A stretch of DNA of 64,000 nt, from positions 236 through 64,235 of the forward strand of contig JAHJQK010000075.1 of NCBI GenBank assembly GCA_018819135.1. Reading direction: 5' to 3'. Source of the stretch: Pseudomonadota bacterium (GTDB lineage: Bacteria > Desulfobacterota > SM23-61). Under the pieces are notes generated by a model. That model ran no database searches. It was not told the origin of the DNA and was given only the letters and a program-made list of their open reading frames with translations. Shown one piece after another: positions 26,026 to 34,251 of this stretch (position 1 is its first letter; every line of letters starts with the position of its first letter). Made by a program: the position numbers and the translations under genes.

Positions 26026-26559
26026 TCCGTCTTTTCCCCTTTTATGGGGAAATTTTAACCTGGCATTAAATGGGACATATTCTCTTGGGTAACACACATC
26101 CTGAAAAATCACTTGACCGACTTGTTGAAATGTGTTACTAAAATTAATAACGTAACATTAAAACACACGAAACTATAAATATTAACACCATTACCATTCC
26201 TCTGACTGTTCATTATTTGTTGGAGTCTGTGGTGCGATTGAAACTCTTAACAGGATGTGTGCCGCGTGGTAAGCCTGGGACGGACAATGGGTCAAAGGGG
26301 CTCGCGCATGTGCTGAACAGGACATTCACGTTCAGGCCGAAAAGGGTTTCCCTTATCACAGAGGTTTATCCTGGCATAGAAGCAGAACCGGTGTGCGGAG
26401 ATTATACCTTGAACTTTTTCGCGTACTATCAGACGGAGAGTTTTTCGGCGATCATCTCTGGATGAAAGACAGTCCAACGGTCGGCATGTTTTAGAGGAAA
26501 GAAGCGATATGCCAAGAAGGTATATTTGAAAAACAATGGGAAAAAGGGGAGAGAAAAGG

Positions 26560-27342
26560 ATGTATTGGACGAGATGGGTTGGAAAACTTGTACTTTGTAC
26601 AGTTCTGTTCGTGCCCGCAGTTACTTGGGCCGCACATCCGCTCATTACAGATGATTCGGGGACCCAGGGGAAGGGCAAGTTCCAGTTTGAGCTAAATGGT
26701 CAGTATGACAGTGATAAAGAAACTGTTGCTGGTGTATCTACCAAGTCAACAGGCGGACAGGTTGGAGCCACGCTGTCCTACGGGATCATCGAGAGCGCTG
26801 ATCTTGTTCTCAGCCTAGCATATGTCTGGGGCAAGGTTGAAGAAGATGGAGCAACTGTCTACGATGAAAAAGGAATCTCGGACACGACCTTTGAGGTCAA
26901 ATGGCTGTTCTTCGAAAAAGAAAGCTGGAGCTTAGCCCTGAAGCCCGGCGTCAGTTTCCCGACCGGCGATGAAAATAAGGGTCTCGGCACAGGAAAGACC
27001 GGATATCATGTTTTCTTAATCGCTTCCAAGGAAGTAGCGTCATGGGCGTTCCATGCCAATCTCGGATACATCCGGAACGAGAACAAGTTCGATGAGGAGA
27101 AAAACATCTGGCATGTGTCTCTGGCCACAACCTATGAGGTCGTCAAGGATTTGAAGGTAGTCGGGAACATCGGCATCGAACGGAGTCCGGATAAAACGTC
27201 GGACAATGATCCCGCTTTTCTCATCGGCGGATTCATATATTCGGTTTCTAAGAATTTTGATCTCGACTGCGGCGTGAAATACGGCTTGACTTCGTCTGAG
27301 ACAGACCTGTCCGTATTGGCAGGAATAGCATTCAGGTTTTAA
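26560..27342 (+). CDS. outer-membrane beta-barrel protein (MetA-pathway/phenol-degradation-like transporter family)
   Basis: Signal peptide MYWTRWVGKLVLCTVLFVPAVTWA, alternating beta-strand pattern, C-terminal ...LAGIAFRF. Confidence 0.65.
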   Translation: MYWTRWVGKLVLCTVLFVPAVTWAAHPLITDDSGTQGKGKFQFELNGQYDSDKETVAGVSTKSTGGQVGATLSYGIIESADLVLSLAYVWGKVEEDGATVYDEKGISDTTFEVKWLFFEKESWSLALKPGVSFPTGDENKGLGTGKTGYHVFLIASKEVASWAFHANLGYIRNENKFDEEKNIWHVSLATTYEVVKDLKVVGNIGIERSPDKTSDNDPAFLIGGFIYSVSKNFDLDCGVKYGLTSSETDLSVLAGIAFRF

Positions 27343-27391
27343 TTCATGCGTTACATAAATCATAACCGCATCCTGTAAAGGAGGAACGACC

Positions 27392-28432
27392 ATGCATATG
27401 GCAGATGCCCTACTTTCCCCGGCAGTGGGGACGACCATTTGGGCAGGGACACTGGCGGCAATGGGGTATGCGTCAAAAAAAATGAAAGAAAATTTCGACG
27501 ATAAGATAATTCCGTTGATGGGGGTCCTCGGCGCCTTCATTTTCGCGGCGCAGATGATCAATTTCACAATACCCGGGACGGGTTCGAGTGGACACCTGGG
27601 TGGAGGGATGATCCTTGCCATCATGCTGGGCCCCTATGCAGCCTTTCTCGTTATGGCCTCGGTGCTGACGGTCCAGGCGCTGTTCTTCGCGGACGGTGGC
27701 CTTCTGGCCCTCGGCTGCAATATCTGGAACCTGGGCATCTATCCCTGTTTTCTCGTCTATCCGTTGATCTATAAGCCCCTGGTCGGGGACAGCAGGAGTC
27801 CCAGGCGAATCCTTGTCGCATCGCTGGTGAGCGTTGTCGCGGCTTTGCAACTCGGCGCATTTTCAGTTGTCGTGGAGACGCTTTGGTCCGGCAAGAGCGA
27901 ACTGTCTTTCGGCACCTTCGTTCTTCTGATGCAGCCGATCCACCTTGCCATCGGCATTGTCGAGGGTTTTGTCACCGCCGGTGTCATCAACTATGTGCGC
28001 AACGCAAGGCCAGAAATCCTCGAAAGCATCACTGCGTCACGGCCGCTGGGCGCGGAGATTTCTGTGAGGAAGGTCATGATCACGTTTGTGGTACTGGCGG
28101 TCGTAACAGGCGGTGCCCTCTCCTGGTTCGCTTCTACCCATCCGGATGGCCTCGAGTGGTCCATCGAAAAGGTCACGGGTACGAGCGAACTGCCGACACA
28201 GGAGCACGGGATCGCTCCGGTCCTCAAAGGCATCCAGGAAAAGACGGCGTTCCTTCCCGACTATAACTTCAGCCCGGCTTCCACGGAAGAAAAAAAGAAG
28301 GAGGAATCCGCTTCCTGGCCGGTAATCGAAGCAGGCACGTCAGTGGCCGGTATCGTCGGTTCAGCAATCGTACTTGGAATGGTCATGCTCATTGGATTGG
28401 TAATCAGGTCATTCAAGAGAAGACATACATAA
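27392..28432 (+). CDS. cbiM: ECF-type Ni/Co transporter substrate component CbiM/NikM fused to a PDGLE (CbiN-like) domain
   Basis: MHMADALLSP...GSSGHLGGG. The C-terminal extension contains THPDGLEWSIEKV plus a final TM. Confidence 0.8.
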   Translation: MHMADALLSPAVGTTIWAGTLAAMGYASKKMKENFDDKIIPLMGVLGAFIFAAQMINFTIPGTGSSGHLGGGMILAIMLGPYAAFLVMASVLTVQALFFADGGLLALGCNIWNLGIYPCFLVYPLIYKPLVGDSRSPRRILVASLVSVVAALQLGAFSVVVETLWSGKSELSFGTFVLLMQPIHLAIGIVEGFVTAGVINYVRNARPEILESITASRPLGAEISVRKVMITFVVLAVVTGGALSWFASTHPDGLEWSIEKVTGTSELPTQEHGIAPVLKGIQEKTAFLPDYNFSPASTEEKKKEESASWPVIEAGTSVAGIVGSAIVLGMVMLIGLVIRSFKRRHT

Positions 28433-28529
28433 ACAGTAGGTAATCACCCCGGTGAAAAATCCCTGTATTCTCATCGGGGCGTATGGTATTCTGGGTCTAT
28501 TTAAGGCACCCAGTTTTCCTGGATGACCA

Positions 28530-29339
28530 ATGCCATTTGATGAGGAATATTACAACCTCGGGCGGCTTGATCGGCTCTCTTACAAGAACACCTTCGTGCA
28601 TCGTCTTGACCCGCGAGCGAAGCTGATCGCCACGCTGCTTTTCCTGTTCACTGTCATCTCCTTTTCCAAGTATGAGGTCGTTGCGCTGATCCCGTTCTTT
28701 CTCTTTCCGGTGCTTTTAATGACCATCGGAGATATCCCATTCCTGTTCATCCTCAAGAAAGTGCTGATCGTTTCTCCCTTTGCGATCTTTATCGGCATCT
28801 TTAATCCGCTGCTTGATACCGGGCATGTCTTGGTTCTCTCCGGGTTCACGATTTCTGCGGGATGGTTCTCTTTTTTCTCGATCCTGCTAAAGTTCGCCCT
28901 TACGATCAGCGCGGCGCTCCTCCTTATCGCCACAACCCCTTTTCCCAGCGTCTGTCACGCGCTCAGACGCCTCGGCATGCCGTCGCTCTTCGTCTCGCAG
29001 CTTCTCTTCCTTTACCGTTATATTTTTGTGCTCGTGGAAGAGGCAATGCGGATTGTTCGCGCACGGGACATGCGGTCGTTCGGCGCGAGCGGCACCGGGA
29101 TCAAGGTTTTCGTTCGCATCATCGGAATCCTTTTCCTCAGGACCATAGAGCGGGCTGAGAGGATATACTATGCCATGCTCTCGCGGGGATTCCAAGGGGA
29201 CATGCCGACCTTCAAACGTTCCCATATCACGGCGATCGACCTGGTATTCGTGGCGACGACCATCTTGTTTCTCGTCGTCTTCCGATTCTTCTCCGTCACC
29301 GAAGGGATCGGCCGCATCGCCCAGGAGTTGTTTAGATGA
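28530..29339 (+). CDS. cbiQ: ECF transporter transmembrane (T) component CbiQ
   Basis: 269 aa, polytopic, with ...IVRARDMRSFG... typical of CbiQ/EcfT. Overlaps cbiO by 4 nt. Confidence 0.8.
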   Translation: MPFDEEYYNLGRLDRLSYKNTFVHRLDPRAKLIATLLFLFTVISFSKYEVVALIPFFLFPVLLMTIGDIPFLFILKKVLIVSPFAIFIGIFNPLLDTGHVLVLSGFTISAGWFSFFSILLKFALTISAALLLIATTPFPSVCHALRRLGMPSLFVSQLLFLYRYIFVLVEEAMRIVRARDMRSFGASGTGIKVFVRIIGILFLRTIERAERIYYAMLSRGFQGDMPTFKRSHITAIDLVFVATTILFLVVFRFFSVTEGIGRIAQELFR

Positions 29340-30079
29340 GCCATCACATTGTTGAGTTCAAGAACGTATCCTTTCGCTATCCTGACGGGACCGATGCGCT
29401 CAGAGACCTTTCCTTCAGGATCATCCATGGAGAATCGGTCGGCATTATCGGTGCCAACGGCGCGGGAAAGTCTACACTTCTCATGCAGATGAACGGCTAC
29501 CTCATGCCGACGTCGGGAACGGTGACAATCGGCGATCTTCAGCTTACCAAGAAGACAAGACAGGATATTCGAAGGAAGGTCGGCATCGTCTTGCAGAACC
29601 CCGACGACCAGCTTTTCATGCCGACCGTATATGACGATGTCGCCTTCGGTCCTCTCAACCTCGGACTGGACGAAGCGTGTGTGCGGGAACGGGTCCAAAA
29701 GGCCCTGAGCTTAGTGAACGGCCTCGAACTTCGGGACAAACCGCCCCACCACCTGTCCGGTGGACAGAAGAGCGCAGTTGCCATTGCATCGGTCATGGCT
29801 ATGGACCCCGACATTCTTGCAATGGACGAGCCTGCCGCGAGCCTCGACCCGAAGTCGAGACGGTCGCTTATTACCATGCTCAAGACCTTTAAACATTCCA
29901 AGATCATTGCCTCCCACGATCTCGACCTTATCCTGGACGTCTGTCAACGCTGCCTAGTGATTAGGGAGGGTACGGCAGCCGCCGACGGCCCTTCAATAGA
30001 GATTCTCTCGAATAAGACATTGCTCGAAGAGAACAACTTGGAGCTTCCATTATCACTCCAAAGACTCCAAGTAGGTTAG
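29336..30079 (+). CDS. cbiO: ECF transporter ATPase CbiO
   Basis: GANGAGKSTLL (Walker A), LSGGQK, ILAMDEP (Walker B). Confidence 0.85.
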   Translation: MSHHIVEFKNVSFRYPDGTDALRDLSFRIIHGESVGIIGANGAGKSTLLMQMNGYLMPTSGTVTIGDLQLTKKTRQDIRRKVGIVLQNPDDQLFMPTVYDDVAFGPLNLGLDEACVRERVQKALSLVNGLELRDKPPHHLSGGQKSAVAIASVMAMDPDILAMDEPAASLDPKSRRSLITMLKTFKHSKIIASHDLDLILDVCQRCLVIREGTAAADGPSIEILSNKTLLEENNLELPLSLQRLQVG

Positions 30080-30275
30080 CGGTTTTATGTTGGGATCCAA
30101 AGCGCTAAGTCCCCCAACAAGACCCCGAGCACAGCTCCCTGGACTCAAACTGCGAAATCTGCTGGCTCAATATGAGCCGTATGCGGGAAAACTGCATGCA
30201 CGGTTTGACGAGGGGGAACTGGAGATGGATTCTTAGCTGCTACGCCAACTTTTTACTCTACCCTTTTTTCCAAGC

Positions 30276-31790
30276 TTAGGCCTTTCCTTGTTCCGCTTTA
30301 ACTTTATCTCGGTCAATGGAACCGTCCTGGGATTTGGGTAGGGCCGGAACAAACTCTACATATTTTGGTTTTTTAAAACGGGCAATACGCGTGGCCACGA
30401 AATCAATTAACTCTTGTTTGGTTAGAGAGCTTCCGCCTTTTAAAACACAAACCGCCTTGATGGCTTCCCCCCATTCCGGGTCCCTTACTCCGATGACCGA
30501 AACTTCGGCCACTTCCGGATTCTCCAGGATGACTTTCTCTACTTCTGCGGGGTAGACATTCTCTCCTCCGGGTTTGATGAGTTCCTTTTCGGCTTTTCTT
30601 TTCACATACCATAGGTATCCATGTTCATCCAACCGCCCGATGTCTCCGGTGTGATGCCAACCATCGCGGAAGGTGTAACGGTTATCTTCCTCAAGGTTCC
30701 AATAACCCAAAAAAACCAAGGGGCTACGAACACAGATTTCTCCCGGCTTTCCGACTTCTACTTCCCGGTCATGCTCATCCACTAATTTTATTTTAACCAA
30801 AGGACCCTCTTTGCCGGCAGAGCCTGGTTTCTCGGTATAAGGACAGACAGTTACCATGCCGGAGGTCTCGGACTGGCCGAACCCGATCCAAAACTCAGCT
30901 TTGGTTTTTTGCTTTAATTTCTCTATGTTAGCAGGATGATCGATACCGGCCACGTGTTTTAAAGAAGATATGTCATAATTTTTACCTTCTAATTTCTCAA
31001 GGAGCATTCCGAGCATGGGAGGGAATTCGCCGATGGTGGTAATTCTCTCTTTTTCTATAAGTTGCAGGGCAAGTTCCGGGTCGAATTTTGACATTATAAC
31101 GTTTTTCCCTCCGGCATGCATAATTGAAAAAGCCAGAGCCAGGTCAGCAATGTGAAACAAAGGAAGAAGATGCAGGTAGGAGTCTTCTTCCCTAATACCC
31201 ACAGTAGCAATGTGCTGAATGTTGGAAGCAATGATATTTGCTTGGGATAAAGTGGCTCCCCGTGGTTTTCCAGCCACGGCTGCCGTATGGATGATTAAAT
31301 AAGCATCGGTTTGAAGGATATCGACTTCCTGCACTGCACCTTTTTCTTCCAGGAGGGAAGAAAAAGGCGTGAAACCAGATTCCTTTTCTCCCATCGTAAT
31401 TAACAGTTCGATATAATTCATTTTTTTAGAAATATCTTTGGCCATTGTCTGGTACTCCGGCCCTACGAAGAAAAAACGGGGACTTCCGTCTGACAGGATG
31501 TATTCGATTTCTTTCGGGTTGAGACGCCAGTTGATCGGAAGCATGACGGCCCCCAGTTGGGCTGCTGCGCCGTAAAGGAGGACGAACTCGTAGCAATTTT
31601 GGGAAAGAACTCCCAGGCGATCTCCTTTGCTAAGGCCTAATTTTTTAAGTCCGTAGGTTAAGCGATTTATTTCCGCCAAGAATTGTTGAAAGGTGACCCG
31701 GCGACGATCAAAGACCCAAGCCTCGCGATTGCCAAAAAGGCGGGCATTCCGGACGATCGCGTCATAGATTGTAAAATCTCTTAAACCCAT
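30276..31790 (-). CDS. AMP-dependent acyl-CoA synthetase/ligase
   Basis: 504 aa with GEICVRSPLVFLGYW, WHHTGDIGRLDEHGYLWYVKRK and PKSQDGSIDR. Confidence 0.85.
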   Translation of the reverse strand: MGLRDFTIYDAIVRNARLFGNREAWVFDRRRVTFQQFLAEINRLTYGLKKLGLSKGDRLGVLSQNCYEFVLLYGAAAQLGAVMLPINWRLNPKEIEYILSDGSPRFFFVGPEYQTMAKDISKKMNYIELLITMGEKESGFTPFSSLLEEKGAVQEVDILQTDAYLIIHTAAVAGKPRGATLSQANIIASNIQHIATVGIREEDSYLHLLPLFHIADLALAFSIMHAGGKNVIMSKFDPELALQLIEKERITTIGEFPPMLGMLLEKLEGKNYDISSLKHVAGIDHPANIEKLKQKTKAEFWIGFGQSETSGMVTVCPYTEKPGSAGKEGPLVKIKLVDEHDREVEVGKPGEICVRSPLVFLGYWNLEEDNRYTFRDGWHHTGDIGRLDEHGYLWYVKRKAEKELIKPGGENVYPAEVEKVILENPEVAEVSVIGVRDPEWGEAIKAVCVLKGGSSLTKQELIDFVATRIARFKKPKYVEFVPALPKSQDGSIDRDKVKAEQGKA

Positions 31791-31930
31791 GGCTCCCTCC
31801 TATTATTTTTATGAAGTGAAGTTTTTAGGAAAGAAAACAACCCGATTTAGGCATAATCAGGGTTTTACCGGAAGTGCGGTTGAATTTTAAGGCCCAAATT
31901 TTTTTTCGCGCAACTTAATCGGATTTTTGG

Positions 31931-33310
31931 TTATTTTTTTAGAAATTCCCAGCTTTTGACAAATCCGTTCTCAAGATAAACGTAGGCTTTAGGAAAAGGT
32001 TTCTTGCCGTAAACCCATTGTTCATGGACCCCCATTAAGGTCCTGGTTGTATTAACGTGCTCCGGTCGTCCCCAAGTTAATATAACTTGTTCAGGGGTAA
32101 ACCCCACGCGGATGAAGCCGCGAAGAATGTCGTTTTGAATCTTAATGGGCCAGAGGGTGATACGGAGCTTTTTCAATAGATCGATCATTTCATCCATATT
32201 TTTATCGGCACGGCGAATTCCATCCTGCTCTTCCACCCAACCGATTATTTTTTCAATATATTCAGTATTTACTTCATAAATGACTTCATAGAAAGGGGGC
32301 TTATGGGGAAGAGAAGCTTTTTTCCCCGTAAATCTAATTTCTTCCACATTAAATTTTAGCGGTTTGACAGTATTGATTTTAGCCAGGTCTCCAGGATAGA
32401 CCCAGGCCAGTAGCCTGTGATTAACCCAAAAAGATTTTTCTTCAGGTGTCCAGCCGATCTTTTTCCCCTTTTGCGATATGATCCGCTCGCTCAGAACAAC
32501 CTGGTGCCACGGCATTCCGTTTTCATCTCTTTTAGAGTTAATGACTTCGAATATATCGTATTTTTTGAAGCTGGCCTGTATTTTCGAGGTATTTTTGGCC
32601 GCCTCATAAACGTTGGCATCTTTCATAACTAAAAAGATTCCGCTCTCGGTGACTTTCGGTGGAAGCGGTGGAGGTGCTTCTTTTTCCTTTTCTCCAGCTT
32701 TGTATGCTTTGATTTTATGCTCTTCATCAATTTTTCTGCGTTGCTCCTCCTCAACCCTGCGCAGGCGTTCTTCCTCGGCCTTGCGCATTTCTTCGGCGAT
32801 CTGGCGCTTCCTTTGTTCCGCAAGCTTCTTTTTAATTTCGATCTCGGCCACAATTCGATCCCGCTCACTTAAGGCCGCGACCACTTCTTTTTCAAGTCGT
32901 TTTCTTTCTTCCATTATGTTCTTTTTGCGTTCTTCTACCTGGGAATATTCTTCCCGCACCTTTCGCTCGCGACAGGCCCATATTCTTTTTCGGTCCTCGG
33001 TTGAAAGCGTTTTCTCCAGTTGGGTATCGAGGAGGGGCTGAAGGCTTACTAAAACGGGGTTTTTTTCTGGCTCATCAACAAAATTATAAATTCGATTGGC
33101 GCATAAATAGACCAGCCGAAGTGAATACCCTTCGTCTTGTAAGAGAAAATAGTCGCTCATCCCTTCTTTGGCAAAAACTTCTTGAACGGCTGGGGGAGGA
33201 TTTTGGAGATCTAATAAGAGGACACTGGTTCGGGGTTTAGACGCACAGGCCAGCGTGGTTAAAATCAAAAGCAGGACAAAAAGAAGGAAGACCCTTTTTT
33301 CTCCTATCAT
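31931..33310 (-). CDS. lipoprotein with K/E-rich coiled coil and C-terminal BamE/SmpA-like fold
   Basis: LTTLACAS lipobox, a central EERKRLEKE...RRVEEEQRRK region, and a C-terminus GFTPEQVILTWGRPEHVN...EQWVYG...VYLENGFV. Confidence 0.55.
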   Translation of the reverse strand: MIGEKRVFLLFVLLLILTTLACASKPRTSVLLLDLQNPPPAVQEVFAKEGMSDYFLLQDEGYSLRLVYLCANRIYNFVDEPEKNPVLVSLQPLLDTQLEKTLSTEDRKRIWACRERKVREEYSQVEERKKNIMEERKRLEKEVVAALSERDRIVAEIEIKKKLAEQRKRQIAEEMRKAEEERLRRVEEEQRRKIDEEHKIKAYKAGEKEKEAPPPLPPKVTESGIFLVMKDANVYEAAKNTSKIQASFKKYDIFEVINSKRDENGMPWHQVVLSERIISQKGKKIGWTPEEKSFWVNHRLLAWVYPGDLAKINTVKPLKFNVEEIRFTGKKASLPHKPPFYEVIYEVNTEYIEKIIGWVEEQDGIRRADKNMDEMIDLLKKLRITLWPIKIQNDILRGFIRVGFTPEQVILTWGRPEHVNTTRTLMGVHEQWVYGKKPFPKAYVYLENGFVKSWEFLKK

Positions 33311-33480
33311 CGAGACGACCCTTTTGCTGCCTTCTTCTTAGGTAAAGCCGCCGCCCATGGTTTTGGACGATGGGTGATCCTCTTGCCCATTTTCAAGTTG
33401 AGAAATCGGGTTCTTTTTTTCATCTAAGAAGGAAAAAGAAAAAAATTTGCTGAGACCTAAATTAAGCGATTTTTTAAACC

Positions 33481-33650
33481 ACATAGAGCACAGCGCGGCA
33501 GTGCCGCAACCAAAATCCATTCACCGCAGAGATCGCAGAGATATAAAGATCTTAAAAAACAATTAGGACACTGATAACAACGGATAAGCATAGATAAAAT
33601 TAAAATATGCTTAACAAAATTTCAAGAATTTGAACGTTAGTAGTACAGAG
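33481..33650 (-). repeat. dispersed intergenic repeat, copy 2 (inverted relative to copies 1 and 3)
   Basis: The reverse complement aligns with 20719-20848 and 36264-36403 over its whole length. Confidence 0.85.
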
Positions 33651-33981
33651 AATAATTTCATAGAAAAAACCAGATAAGCTCAATTTTTACTCTATGCTCT
33701 CATGGAATCAATTCGCCAGTTAAAACATTGAATTGTTTGCACTTAACGAGTGCACAGAGTAAAGCACAGAAAAGGGGCTATTTCCTTAGTTTTATTTTAA
33801 ATTTCCTCGGTGCCCTCTGTGGTGAATCGCCTTGTTTAGTGAGAATATAACAAAATGGAAAAGGAAAGTCAATTTTCTTTCCGACATTTACAAGCCTTCG
33901 TATTAGAAAATAACCTCTATTGTGGACCGATGCTCCTTCTTTCATCACCTTCCTATCCGGGCTCCATTAATAAATTTAATA

Positions 33982-34060
33982 GGACGCAGATTTGCGCAGA
34001 TAACCGCAGATAATTATTTTCTTTTTAGTTTATCCTGATAATCTGTGTACATCCGTGTCC
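33982..34060. repeat. MITE-like inverted pair of 10-bp-phased triplets (GGACGCAGAT|TTGCGCAGAT|AACCGCAGAT ... TATCCTGATA|ATCTGTGTAC|ATCCGTGTCC)
   Basis: Read directly. The two arms are imperfect reverse complements, each ending in GGAC/GTCC. Confidence 0.75.
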
Positions 34061-34138
34061 AAAAAGGAATTTCCTATACAATCAAAGTAAATTCATCAAC
34101 CTATGGAAAAGCGAAGATGGACAAGTCTAAAAGAGTGA

Positions 34139-34167
34139 TTGACAAAAGCACGCTTAAGTGGTAAAAA
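34139..34167 (+). promoter_or_regulatory. sigma70-like promoter candidate for mnmG (TTGACA-17 nt-TAAAAA)
   Basis: TTGACA at 34139-34144, 17-nt spacer, TAAAAA(T) at 34162-34168. Lies 85 nt upstream of the mnmG ATG. Confidence 0.45.
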
Positions 34168-34211
34168 TAAAAAAATATATTATTTTAGTATGTTATAATA
34201 ATATTAAGCGA

Positions 34212-34227
34212 TGTTTCACGTGAAACA
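34212..34227. promoter_or_regulatory. parS: parS (ParB-binding centromere-like site), perfect palindrome
   Basis: TGTTTCACGTGAAACA matches the tGTTNCACGTGAAACA consensus 16/16 and extends to an 18-bp palindrome. Confidence 0.85.
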
Positions 34228-34251
34228 TTTTATCTTTGACGCTACACCGCA

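Noticed and set aside
26217-26678. Track ORFs 26217-26465 (+) and 26292-26678 (-) lie in the leader of the Ni/Co operon.
   Set aside because: They overlap each other. They have no SD, no motif and odd composition. The minus ORF also overlaps the start of the barrel gene. The region is treated as non-coding leader.
30150-30235. The short reading ...AQYEPYAGKLHARFDEGELEMDS* could be a mobile-element gene remnant.
   Set aside because: It resembles fragments I associate with mobile-element borders, but it is only ~25 residues and I cannot name the family. It is mentioned only as weak context for the GC-rich block.
33311-34251. The 940-nt AT-rich non-coding region upstream of mnmG could be oriC.
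   Set aside because: I found only weak partial DnaA-box matches (TGTGGTGAA, TGTGGACCG, TTATCCTGA) and no cluster of TTATCCACA-like 9-mers. Much of the region is occupied by the dispersed repeats. The parS sites indicate origin proximity but not the origin itself.
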